In this document: positions 1 to 8,593 of the stretch, one piece after another
How the letters are laid out: the number at the start of each line of letters is the position of its first letter
Position numbering within the stretch: position 1 is the stretch's first letter
Virus record (IMG/VR): IMGVR_UViG_3300028833_000061
Span: 1 to 64,000 of that record
DNA from: a virus
Taxonomy: Duplodnaviria; Caudoviricetes
DNA: 64,000 nt
Strand: one strand, 5' to 3'
Notes under the pieces: generated by a model
Databases searched by the model: none
What the model was told of the DNA's origin: nothing
What the model saw: only the letters and a program-made list of their open reading frames with translations
Made by a program: the position numbers and the translations under genes

Positions 1-190
1 CTGGACGTACTGCAGGCTGTGCCGCTGGACGAGCCGCTGGCTGTGCCGCTGGGCGAACCGCGGGCTGTGCCGCTGGACGTACTGCAGGCTGTGCCGCTGG
101 ACGTACTGCAGGCTGTGCCGCTGGACGTGCCACTGGGCGTGCTGCAGGACGCGCTGCTGGACGAGCCGCAGGCTGCGCTGCTGGCTGCAC
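1..190. repeat. 12/24-bp coding tandem repeat (gctgtgccgctggacg...) encoding PAAQ/PAAR/PAVR
   Basis: Directly visible imperfect tandem units. Confidence 0.9.
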
Positions 191-730
191 TGGAACAGTC
201 CCTCTCGGATTCAGACCCTCATCATACTCATCGCGAGAGTGCCATTTTATTGTAGGATTGTTTTTCCACTTCTCTTCAAACGACCTTGACTCTGCTTCTC
301 TCTGTTCTTGAGTCAATGGCTTAGTTCCAACACCTTCTGGCAATTGGTACGGCTTTGGATTCTTCTCATAGCCGCCAGGACCCTTTCTACCTAGAGTTAC
401 AGGATCGAGAGGAACGGGTGTGCCTGGCCTTGAATACGGCGGTGCTCCTGGTCTTGTGATATGAGGTTCTCCGGGTCTTGGCGGCACAGCTCTAGAACCT
501 GGTTGTTGTGTTCCTCCTGCTGCCCTTCTGGCGGCTGCTCCCTGCTCTCCAAGTCGCTGAGTTTCGGTCCAGAAAGCAGGATCGCTCGCTTTGCTCTTCC
601 ACTCGTCGCTTTCTGTGTAATCCTGTACTTTTTGCAGCGCTTCGGAGTCTGATAGCCTAAGGAGTTGCTGGCTTTCCTTCTGCAACTCCGCCATCTTTGC
701 CATGAAACCAAGTCTGAATGCTTCTGTCAT
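2..730 (-). CDS. Putative virion/internal head protein with AFxxGFM leader and Pro/Ala/Arg/Gln repeat tail (runs off left edge; not in ORF track)
   Basis: Hand translation from ATG at 730: MTEAFRLGFMAKMAELQKES...PVQPAAQPAARPAARPAARPVARPAAQPAVRPAAQ, open to the window end. Confidence 0.8.
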   Translation of the reverse strand, partial: MTEAFRLGFMAKMAELQKESQQLLRLSDSEALQKVQDYTESDEWKSKASDPAFWTETQRLGEQGAAARRAAGGTQQPGSRAVPPRPGEPHITRPGAPPYSRPGTPVPLDPVTLGRKGPGGYEKNPKPYQLPEGVGTKPLTQEQREAESRSFEEKWKNNPTIKWHSRDEYDEGLNPRGTVPVQPAAQPAARPAARPAARPVARPAAQPAVRPAAQPAVRPAAQPAVRPAAQPAARPAAQPAVRP

Positions 731-742
731 CTCACTACACAA

Positions 743-1285
743 TTAAATTAGTCCAAAACCTTGCATAGAAAACAGATCTCCGGCTGCTCTCATCGCTCTG
801 TCTCTAAAACTTCTTTTCTTGGATTGTTTCGCTGTCGCTGACTGTGCAGGCGCCGCGCTAGTCGCCGGAGGCGGTGGTGTTGGTTGCGGAGCTGGCTGTG
901 GAGGCTGGGGCTGCGACGCTGCAGGCGGATTTGTAACAGAGGCGGCTCCGTACGACTCTGGATCGCTTACGTTTATTATACTTCCGGGCCTAAGTTTTTT
1001 CGCGCTCTCGAGATCGAGACCGTTCTCTCTTAGTACCTGCCCAAGATGCTTCTGTTTTATACCAGCTCTCTGCAGAATATGTGAAACAGTATCTCCGTCT
1101 CTCATCACGTAGCCAGTTCCACCATCCATAGTTATACGTCCTTCAGAATCAGCTCCTTGAAAGCTGCTCGAAGGATCCGTGTACATATCCACTGCCGCCT
1201 TCTCAAGCAGACTCTTCGCATCCTCAAAGCTGAGTCTGTTCTCGGCGCACTTATGCATGAATCCCTGTATGAATGCGTGTGTCAT
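743..1285 (-). CDS. LysM-domain protein with AFxQGFM leader and Pro/Gln linker
   Basis: YVMRDGDTVSHI...RENGL...LRPGSIINV matches LysM consensus. Confidence 0.75.
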   Translation of the reverse strand: MTHAFIQGFMHKCAENRLSFEDAKSLLEKAAVDMYTDPSSSFQGADSEGRITMDGGTGYVMRDGDTVSHILQRAGIKQKHLGQVLRENGLDLESAKKLRPGSIINVSDPESYGAASVTNPPAASQPQPPQPAPQPTPPPPATSAAPAQSATAKQSKKRSFRDRAMRAAGDLFSMQGFGLI

Positions 1286-1293
1286 TTGTTATT

Positions 1294-1698
1294 TTACCTC
1301 CCTAGAAAACGTGGTTGTGAAGGCTGTGTTGCATCAGGCTTGTCCAGAGTGCTTTTGAACCACTTTCCAAACCCTTTGGCAGCTCCAGCGGCTGCATCAA
1401 ACGCCTTCGTTGCCCCATGACCCACAGCGCTTGATACTCCTTTGATTGCCCTATCTATCGGGTCTAGTATGGACGGAGTATATGGGTTATAGCTAAAAGG
1501 ATGATTTTTTGCATACTCCTTGGCGAGCCTGGCTCTTCTAACCGCGTCATTGAATTTCGCGTCGTCGAGCTCCTTGCGTCTTTTGGCTTCGTTTTCCTGC
1601 CAGATGCGCTCTGCCTCCTCATCCGAAACTCGTACAGGCTCGCTAAAATATATTCCCTGCGCGGTCTTTATCAGCGCGTATAGTGCGTCGGTCTTCAT
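1294..1698 (-). CDS. Hypothetical virion-associated protein (MKT..L..LIKTA leader)
   Basis: Overlaps portal stop; leader shared with 7010..8179. Confidence 0.6.
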   Translation of the reverse strand: MKTDALYALIKTAQGIYFSEPVRVSDEEAERIWQENEAKRRKELDDAKFNDAVRRARLAKEYAKNHPFSYNPYTPSILDPIDRAIKGVSSAVGHGATKAFDAAAGAAKGFGKWFKSTLDKPDATQPSQPRFLGR

Positions 1699-3461
1699 TG
1701 CGGAGCGCCTCCTCCCTGCTGCATCTGCTGCTCGATCTGAGCGCGTCCCTCGCGCGACATGTCCTGGCGCATCTCTGTCATTCTCTGCTTTACCATAGCG
1801 TGCAGCGCAGGACTGCTCATGCGCACCTGGTTAAGCAGGTGCCTTCTGTTGACCTCAGGCGCAGATATGATGTTCTGCGCAATCTGATCAGCCTGCTGGA
1901 CAAGATCCGTAGGCGTGCTCGGCATGCCGGACATAGGATTGTTCTCCTGTCCCATGGCCTCGGACTCCTGCTGCGTCTGTGTCTCCTCCTGTGCCTCCTG
2001 CTGCAGCTTCTGTATCTCAAGCTGCTCGTCGAGGATGCGCTTCTGCTCCTCCATGTAATCGATGCCGTACGGCTGGTAGGCCGTCTGCTTGGACACATCC
2101 ATGCCAGCGGCGGCCTGGAGCTGCAGACCCTTGCGCTCGAGATCGTCTGCAAGGGTGATGGAACGCAGCTCGACCTCGACAGGATCCCAGCGGAAATAGT
2201 GGCAGACCTTGTCAGCCACTTCCTGCAGGAACGCGTTGAAGCCATCCACCATTGCATTCTCCTGCTTCTCCATTAGACGGAGGGCGACAGGAGCGGCCTG
2301 TAGCTGTAAAGTGCCTGCATACAGGTCCTGAGGATAGCCGGAAGCATTCATAAGTTCCTGCATCGCCTGCGCCTCGTTGTCCTTTGGTGACAGCTGCTTT
2401 GCCTCACCGCCAAGCATCTGATACTGGATCGGGAATGGAGAGACAGACATAACGGTAGGATCTGCCCTATGCTTTGCAACCATGTCCTGGATATAGGACT
2501 TGAACTGCTGCATGTTGACCAAAGTCAACGCATCCTGGCCATCTGCGTTGCCTGGAGACGCAGGAGATATAACACGGAACGGCATGATGAAGTCATAGGC
2601 CAGCGCCTCGTCGTATCTACGAAGCGTCTGAATGTAGTATGCAAGCTTGAACTGTGTCAGAAGAGGCGGAATGCCCCATCCCTTGATGTCGAGGCCAGAC
2701 AGGGATCCGCTCTTCATGTGGAAGATCGCGTCCCTGTTGAACTTGAAGTAGACGTGCTTGCCCTTCTCTGCTGACAGGCACAGCTTGACCAGTGCCCACG
2801 GCATGGTATCCAGATAGAAACGGTCGCCGTCGAGCACTTTGTCGATGTACTTCTGGTCCAGCCTGTAATAGTACTCAACCTCGCCAGAGATAGGATGTAC
2901 ACGGATAGAGATAGACTTTGGATTCCAGTGGATTATCTTGACCCTGTCCAGATCTGTTATGTTTCTACGGTCGTCTCTTTTGAATGCACCACGATAATGG
3001 CACTTGGGGCATGTACATATAAAGTCGCCCTGCTTCTTGTTGAACTCGTAGTTCAGCGTCGAGTTGTGATACTCGGTCTTGCAGTGTGGACAAATCAGGA
3101 ATCTATCGAATGGGAAGTAAATAGAGGCAAAAGCGTTGCCATAGACCTTGTAGTCGTCGCCTATAAGGGCCAGTTGCTGAATCATATGCAGCTTCTTGTC
3201 GAACAGATCCTCGTACTTCTCGCGCTCGTCGTCAGATGCACCGTTTATGACGATATCTGTAAGGAAGTAACGCACCAGGCGCTCTGACACCGCCTTGAAC
3301 GGCGGCATTGTCAGATACATAAGCTCGACCAACTCGAAGATCTCGTCAAGATCCTGCGGAATATACTGCGACGCCATGTCGCAGAACGGATTGGCGGTCT
3401 TCGAATTGAAGACTCCGCCGTTTCCGTTTCCGAAGAATCCGCTTGGTACGTTCTGTGTCAT
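1695..3461 (-). CDS. Phage portal protein with Zn-ribbon insertion
   Basis: 588 aa; D-Y-x-x-YGNAF, IFH, GWGIPPL portal-type motifs; CPHC...CPKC insert; Gln-rich C-terminus; lies in structural module. Confidence 0.75.
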   Translation of the reverse strand: MTQNVPSGFFGNGNGGVFNSKTANPFCDMASQYIPQDLDEIFELVELMYLTMPPFKAVSERLVRYFLTDIVINGASDDEREKYEDLFDKKLHMIQQLALIGDDYKVYGNAFASIYFPFDRFLICPHCKTEYHNSTLNYEFNKKQGDFICTCPKCHYRGAFKRDDRRNITDLDRVKIIHWNPKSISIRVHPISGEVEYYYRLDQKYIDKVLDGDRFYLDTMPWALVKLCLSAEKGKHVYFKFNRDAIFHMKSGSLSGLDIKGWGIPPLLTQFKLAYYIQTLRRYDEALAYDFIMPFRVISPASPGNADGQDALTLVNMQQFKSYIQDMVAKHRADPTVMSVSPFPIQYQMLGGEAKQLSPKDNEAQAMQELMNASGYPQDLYAGTLQLQAAPVALRLMEKQENAMVDGFNAFLQEVADKVCHYFRWDPVEVELRSITLADDLERKGLQLQAAAGMDVSKQTAYQPYGIDYMEEQKRILDEQLEIQKLQQEAQEETQTQQESEAMGQENNPMSGMPSTPTDLVQQADQIAQNIISAPEVNRRHLLNQVRMSSPALHAMVKQRMTEMRQDMSREGRAQIEQQMQQGGGAPQ

Positions 3462-3462
3462 G

Positions 3463-3981
3463 CTACTTCTTGTTAATCAAATCATCCAGATCGTGCTTGA
3501 ATATATACGATTTAAGTAGGCGCTTCACCTCTTCCCTATCCTCGTCTTCGCCTGTAGTATACATGTCCCTAAGGAAATCAGTCTCTTCTTTTCTCAGTCG
3601 CTGTGTGCCGCTGTCATCTACAACAGCACTAAGAGGATCCTCCTCTATTGAATCCGGAAGGAGTCCAAACAGCATCTTGTGCTTCTTGTATGGAACTTTC
3701 CTAGAATCCAAAGCATTGAACAGATCAGCAGTATAGCCTCGTTTCAAATCCTTCAGCAGCTTAGCCTTATTCAACAGGCCATTCGATTTTTCGTACAGGG
3801 GCTCAGACATTCGCTCGATGGACATATAGTCTACTAAATCCTCAGGAGACATCCAGTTACGGCCTTTGTCATACACGTCGGACAACGAATACTCAATAAG
3901 CGGCTCTGGCAATTCTTCGTCAGACGCCATCTTTTTCATGGCGTCTGTAAAGCCCTGTTTAAATGCCGCGCTTACACTCAT
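3463..3981 (-). CDS. Hypothetical protein with AFKQGF leader
   Basis: MSVSAAFKQGFTDAMKKMAS. Confidence 0.65.
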   Translation of the reverse strand: MSVSAAFKQGFTDAMKKMASDEELPEPLIEYSLSDVYDKGRNWMSPEDLVDYMSIERMSEPLYEKSNGLLNKAKLLKDLKRGYTADLFNALDSRKVPYKKHKMLFGLLPDSIEEDPLSAVVDDSGTQRLRKEETDFLRDMYTTGEDEDREEVKRLLKSYIFKHDLDDLINKK

Positions 3982-4373
3982 TTCTTTGACTTCTTTGGTT
4001 CTGGTAGAAGCCCCTCCAGTATATTGTCAAACAGGAACTCGGTCAAATACGCCAGGGCTTCGTGGTTTCCTGCGTCCACTACGTCGTGGTATTCCAGAAT
4101 CATGTTGGCGGCATGCGTGCATTCGTGGACTATAGTGCCTGGATATGTCTCACCAGGAAACCATATGATCACGTTGCCATTATCACAATCTATCGTAAGT
4201 GCCTGATATTTCGAGACTTCTGATTTAGATGGCACCAGCTTCTGAGGCAGCTCAAGATCATGCATCTTCTTCGCCAGATCATCGTAAGGACCTGAAATGA
4301 AATACACGTCACACCGGTAGATGTCCACCGGTATGTACAGGCAAAGCCTCTTCTGCTTCAGATGTAGACCCAC
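3978..4373 (-). CDS. Small HExxH zinc-metallopeptidase-like phage protein
   Basis: IVHECTHAA...HEALAY. Confidence 0.55.
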   Translation of the reverse strand: MGLHLKQKRLCLYIPVDIYRCDVYFISGPYDDLAKKMHDLELPQKLVPSKSEVSKYQALTIDCDNGNVIIWFPGETYPGTIVHECTHAANMILEYHDVVDAGNHEALAYLTEFLFDNILEGLLPEPKKSKK

Positions 4374-4388
4374 GTCGATTGCTCTGTT

Positions 4389-4754
4389 TTATGCTGACTT
4401 AGGCCGTTTGTTATTCGATATACTGTTAAGTATGTTCTGCATGTTTTTATCTAACGCAGGATACGTCTTCATGTCTTCATATACCGCACGCTGTCGATTG
4501 ATCTTATCAATAAGTGAAGGTTCTGGGGCCATGATATTCTTTATAGCCTCTGTCCAATGAGGCTGTGGCTTAGTCGGCAGAACCCTATGAGCCTGCACAG
4601 CCTTAGCTTGAGCTCCGGTTGTACCAGCACCGCTCATAGCTGCAAATCTCTCAGGAGATACACTTTGGTAGTCTCCTGCAGACATGCCTCCAGTAGGATC
4701 TGCGGCAAGCTTGTACATCATGTCCATGAAACCCTGCTTAAATGCTTCTGTCAT
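4389..4754 (-). CDS. Hypothetical protein with AFKQGFM leader
   Basis: Start reassigned to MTEAFKQGFMDMMYKLAA with upstream GAGGAGG. Confidence 0.65.
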   Translation of the reverse strand: MTEAFKQGFMDMMYKLAADPTGGMSAGDYQSVSPERFAAMSGAGTTGAQAKAVQAHRVLPTKPQPHWTEAIKNIMAPEPSLIDKINRQRAVYEDMKTYPALDKNMQNILNSISNNKRPKSA

Positions 4755-4935
4755 TTTTATTTTCCTCCTCGAATGTCTTTTCGTCTTCCTTGGACGCCTC
4801 AAGCGAGCGAACAGTAGGATACTTCTGCAGATTGTCTATAAAATCATCGAACGCTTCTGCACCCTTCTTTAGAATATTGGTCTCTTTCTTAAGCTCTGGC
4901 GTACTGTACTTCGTTACAACTGCTCTTTTTTCCAT
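4738..4935 (-). CDS. Small hypothetical protein
   Basis: MEKRAVVTK..., GGGAG RBS upstream. Confidence 0.5.
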   Translation of the reverse strand: MEKRAVVTKYSTPELKKETNILKKGAEAFDDFIDNLQKYPTVRSLEASKEDEKTFEEENKNDRSI

Positions 4936-4983
4936 TTTATCTCCCGTGTTTTTAAACACAGCAACAGGATACCAGATAACAAT

Positions 4984-5015
4984 AAAAAACGCCAGGTTTG
5001 ATTCCTGGCGTTTTT
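4984..5015. terminator. Rho-independent terminator, possibly bidirectional
   Basis: AAAAAACGCCAGG-tttgatt-CCTGGCGTTTTT. Confidence 0.8.
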
Positions 5016-5033
5016 AACATGACATTGTTTATA

Positions 5034-6047
5034 TTATTCGAACAACGGTGGCCGAATCTTTGGATCACGAAGAGCCCAAAAGCCTGGATTTTCCTGGAAA
5101 TTTGCATAATCTTTCCAGGCATTCTCACCCCAATCTCGTATGGCTTGTCGCATTTCAGCATAACGACCCGGCACATAATTAAGTCTATAAGAGTCCGGCT
5201 GCACCGATTCTGTTTTTTTAACTGCCATATTACTTGGAACCTCTTTAAATCCATCCGGAATTTCGTATCTATATCCTATAGTTCCATCCTTAAACTCTGG
5301 CCAATATCCAGTATCAAGACGTTTACCACTACTAATGGTCGGAAGCTCCCCAGTCTCAACAGAGAAAGGATACATTTCTCTAGAAGGGAATGAGTCTACA
5401 GTGCTAACAGGAACGGGTTTTAACTCCCCTTTTACATAATCTGGAGCTCCAAGTGCATCTTTTAAATGCTGTCCAGTAGAGGCCATTCTTGTGGCATCGC
5501 CTTCAGTAATAGCGGTCGCCATCGACCTAGCAAGACCGTCGTTTTCAGCTACGCTAAGTCCTTTATCAGCAAGCGCAGCCCTGACCGCATTATCTATCTC
5601 TGCCCACTGTTCGTTTCCGCGCCCTGACAGCATTTTAGGACTTGCATACCTCCTTCCAGACACATCTAGAAGACCAGGAGATCTATGTTTGCGCGTTTCA
5701 GCAAGCACTTCTGGTTTTTCTTCTATAATTTGTGGAGATTTTGAAGCTGTGCCGTAGACCCTTGCAATCTCTTCGGGTGACTTCTTCGTAGCTGCAACCT
5801 CCTCAGGAGTAATCGTTATCTTCGAAGGAACCTTTGCAGCGGCAACCTCTTCAGGTGTAATAGTGATCTTCGGAGCGGCCTTTGCAGCCCCTCTACCAAA
5901 TAGACCCTTCACACCTCTGGCAACTGCTCCTGCTCCACGTCTGGCAGCCTGTGCCACTGGCTTCGCAATAAGATCCGTAAATGCATTCGAGTCCTTCTCG
6001 AACTCTGCCATCTTGTCCATGAAACCCTGCTTAAATGCGTCTGTCAT
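5034..6047 (-). CDS. Hypothetical protein with AFKQGFM leader and duplicated KITITPEEVAA
   Basis: 337-aa ORF, AGGAG RBS, own terminator. Confidence 0.7.
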   Translation of the reverse strand: MTDAFKQGFMDKMAEFEKDSNAFTDLIAKPVAQAARRGAGAVARGVKGLFGRGAAKAAPKITITPEEVAAAKVPSKITITPEEVAATKKSPEEIARVYGTASKSPQIIEEKPEVLAETRKHRSPGLLDVSGRRYASPKMLSGRGNEQWAEIDNAVRAALADKGLSVAENDGLARSMATAITEGDATRMASTGQHLKDALGAPDYVKGELKPVPVSTVDSFPSREMYPFSVETGELPTISSGKRLDTGYWPEFKDGTIGYRYEIPDGFKEVPSNMAVKKTESVQPDSYRLNYVPGRYAEMRQAIRDWGENAWKDYANFQENPGFWALRDPKIRPPLFE

Positions 6048-6113
6048 CTATTTCTCCTTTTCTAGGTTGTCTAGATATCTTCATCGTATAATACACACAA
6101 TACTAATAAAAAT

Positions 6114-7013
6114 CTATTTCTTTCTGTTCTTCAGCCAATCGAGCACATATGGAAGCATCTTTTCATCATCAGTATGCGTGGCCCCAGGCACGTCGATCGA
6201 TTCCAAATTAGGGCTTGCGTATCTAAACATCAACGGATTGCTTCCGAATAAATCGGCCATAGCCCTCTGGAACTTGTTGCTGTCGCTTAGCTGTGGCCTA
6301 ACCATGTAAATGTTGTTGGCCAGGTCCTTGCCCCTGCTCTTCAACCTATCGAAAGCGGTCACATATACAGGATCCAAGGCTATTATGTCGTCTACGGAAA
6401 GATTGCCTGCCCTGTTTTTCAGTTCCTGCGCGAATCTCAACGCGGCTGGTCCGCCTCTGCTATGGCCTATAAGACGCAGCTTCGGTCTCTGTCCGTCATG
6501 TGCTGCCGCCCAATCGTCGCTAGCCCTCTGCACCCTGTCTATGTACTGCTGAAGATGCTTCGATCCTACGATCGAACCAGATACTTGCTCCGATATGCGA
6601 TCCTTGAGTTCACTGGCATTGTGCAAACCAGTATCTATGTGTCCGCGTATACCTCTGAAATAAAGCGATATCGTAGGATTTCCGTTCTCGTCCTCTACAA
6701 CCTCGACAGGCGAGTTCGGGTCGAACGTGCCAGACCCAAGAGATGTAAATCCAAACGGAATCCGTCCTGTGTCCTTGTACGACTCGAAAAGCTTGTGGTT
6801 GTCATACACTGTTTTTCCTAGGGTCGTGGCGCCACCAACACCAAGACCTACCAAGGCTGAGCGCAAAAGACGCTTCTTCGTGTTCTTCTGCTTCCTGTTC
6901 ATAAGATAATCGGCCGTGCCGGCCATCAAGGCCGACAATCCTCCAATTCGAAGCGCCTCTCGCTCCTTCTTGCTGTAATCCAGGCTGCCTGTCGAATCGA
7001 TAGATGTGCTCAT
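6114..7013 (-). CDS. Alpha/beta-hydrolase (lipase/esterase-like) with Gly-rich hydrophobic N-terminal segments
   Basis: LIGHSRGG nucleophile elbow, ALDPV, GATH candidate catalytic His. Confidence 0.75.
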   Translation of the reverse strand: MSTSIDSTGSLDYSKKEREALRIGGLSALMAGTADYLMNRKQKNTKKRLLRSALVGLGVGGATTLGKTVYDNHKLFESYKDTGRIPFGFTSLGSGTFDPNSPVEVVEDENGNPTISLYFRGIRGHIDTGLHNASELKDRISEQVSGSIVGSKHLQQYIDRVQRASDDWAAAHDGQRPKLRLIGHSRGGPAALRFAQELKNRAGNLSVDDIIALDPVYVTAFDRLKSRGKDLANNIYMVRPQLSDSNKFQRAMADLFGSNPLMFRYASPNLESIDVPGATHTDDEKMLPYVLDWLKNRKK

Positions 7014-8179
7014 ACCCTGTTCCTCGCCTTGTGTTTGCCTCTGTCGGCAACTTCAAGCAGCGCTCTCTTGTACGGTTTTAAAAACTCCTCGGCCTTGCGA
7101 CGTATAAGTTCATTATTAAATTCAATGGCGTTATTGCGTTTCTTCTCGGATCCGGTCGTCCACGGAATAACACTGTGCCACAGAGGAGCATCTTTTACCG
7201 GCACAAGATTCTTGTCAAGCCACCTTAGATATACATCATTGTTAAGTATCGATCTTTCAAGGCTGTTAAGGAAATAAATATTGTCGGTCTTTGTTGCGAT
7301 CTCGTCTATGAACGTATTCAAATCCATGTTTCCGATATAATTTTTGAACTCATCATACGTAGCATCCCTGCCAAGTTTGTCAGACAGTGTCTGCCATATC
7401 ATTGCCCTAAGCTCGGCATTGGTCGCACCCGCTTCTGCAACAGGGCTTCCGGCAGTAGTGTCTCCAAGGTCAGAATCAGTAAATCCGTAAGCCTCCTCAA
7501 GCTTTTTCTGTTCTATGGCAGATCTACCTGCGCCCTTGTTCTCTTCATTTGGATCGACGTCGCCGTTCTGCCAATGGCTGTACTCGTGAGCCAGAGTTGG
7601 CATTACAAGGTCTTCGTATTCCTTATCTAACGCCTTTCCCTCTCTTATATGAAGGACTGGCTTGTCATTTTCACCGACATAATCATCTGGAGTAGTAAAG
7701 GCAACGGAAGTGCCTGGATACTCGTCTCCGTACAAAACTGTCGTATAGGGCGAATACTCGTGCCATTTGCTATCGTCATAGCCAGTTCCGGCAAACTCTC
7801 TCTTTGTCGGAATCTGAATCGTCTCGTTGAATCTTCTAAGGCGGTCAGACAGCTCTGAGACCCTCTGACCGATCTCCGAGTCAGGGTCTATCTCTGCCCC
7901 GCTAGAATCTGTATCAGTAGTAGGCGCTACATACTCAGGCCCGCGACTGTCACTATAATGAGGTCCGTACTTATCGCTATAATATCTATAGGCATCGCTA
8001 CCTGCGCCTCCAAGGGCTCCAAGTATTCCTCCTATAAGCGCCCCTCTTCCTGCATTCTCCTCGTCAAACAGCGTACCAAGAAGTGCCCCTATACCACCAT
8101 ACAAAAGAGCTCCAGTAGGATAGAACGATCCATCCGACGCCGCCGTCTTTATAAGGCTGTGAATAGCTCTTGTCTTCAT
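7010..8179 (-). CDS. Glycine-zipper plus HExxH metallopeptidase-like virion protein
   Basis: GGIGALLG...GALIGGILGALGG; LAHEYSHWQ; downstream E-x-x-A. Confidence 0.6.
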   Translation of the reverse strand: MKTRAIHSLIKTAASDGSFYPTGALLYGGIGALLGTLFDEENAGRGALIGGILGALGGAGSDAYRYYSDKYGPHYSDSRGPEYVAPTTDTDSSGAEIDPDSEIGQRVSELSDRLRRFNETIQIPTKREFAGTGYDDSKWHEYSPYTTVLYGDEYPGTSVAFTTPDDYVGENDKPVLHIREGKALDKEYEDLVMPTLAHEYSHWQNGDVDPNEENKGAGRSAIEQKKLEEAYGFTDSDLGDTTAGSPVAEAGATNAELRAMIWQTLSDKLGRDATYDEFKNYIGNMDLNTFIDEIATKTDNIYFLNSLERSILNNDVYLRWLDKNLVPVKDAPLWHSVIPWTTGSEKKRNNAIEFNNELIRRKAEEFLKPYKRALLEVADRGKHKARNRV

Positions 8180-8592
8180 TCAGCAACAGATTCGGATACG
8201 ATCGCCTCAATCTGCTCGTCCGTAAGCCCGAAAATGCTCTTAAGGAATGTCTTGGCTCCCTTTACAAGATCGTTGTCCTCATCCAGCGTAGTGGAATACT
8301 CCCACTCCTCCCAGACGCCATCCTGCGACTGCATCCAGGCCTTCACCTGCTCCCAGATGCCCATGGACTTGAACTTGCGGTACAGCTTAACCCTTGACAA
8401 CTCCCTGAACCCCGGCTCTGGACCTGGAGGCTGATCAACTGGAATAGCTGTCTCCGTGTATTCCCTGTGTGCGTCTTCTGGATCGTAGGCAACGTCGTAG
8501 TCGGACTCAGGGTATCCACCGTGAACCTTGAATCCTGCATTGCTGTATGTGCGTACAAGCCCGTTCCCTAAATTTTCTGTAACAATTGCCAT
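8176..8592 (-). CDS. Hypothetical tail-fibre-associated protein
   Basis: LVRTYS...Y..A.DP...REYTET pattern typical of small genes next to fibre genes. Confidence 0.45.
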   Translation of the reverse strand: MAIVTENLGNGLVRTYSNAGFKVHGGYPESDYDVAYDPEDAHREYTETAIPVDQPPGPEPGFRELSRVKLYRKFKSMGIWEQVKAWMQSQDGVWEEWEYSTTLDEDNDLVKGAKTFLKSIFGLTDEQIEAIVSESVAE

Positions 8593-8593
8593 C

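Noticed and set aside
1-190. Tandem repeat as CRISPR array, and the + strand 78-aa ORF
   Set aside because: No unique spacers; the period is a multiple of 3 and it encodes the PAAQ/PAAR tail of a minus-strand gene.
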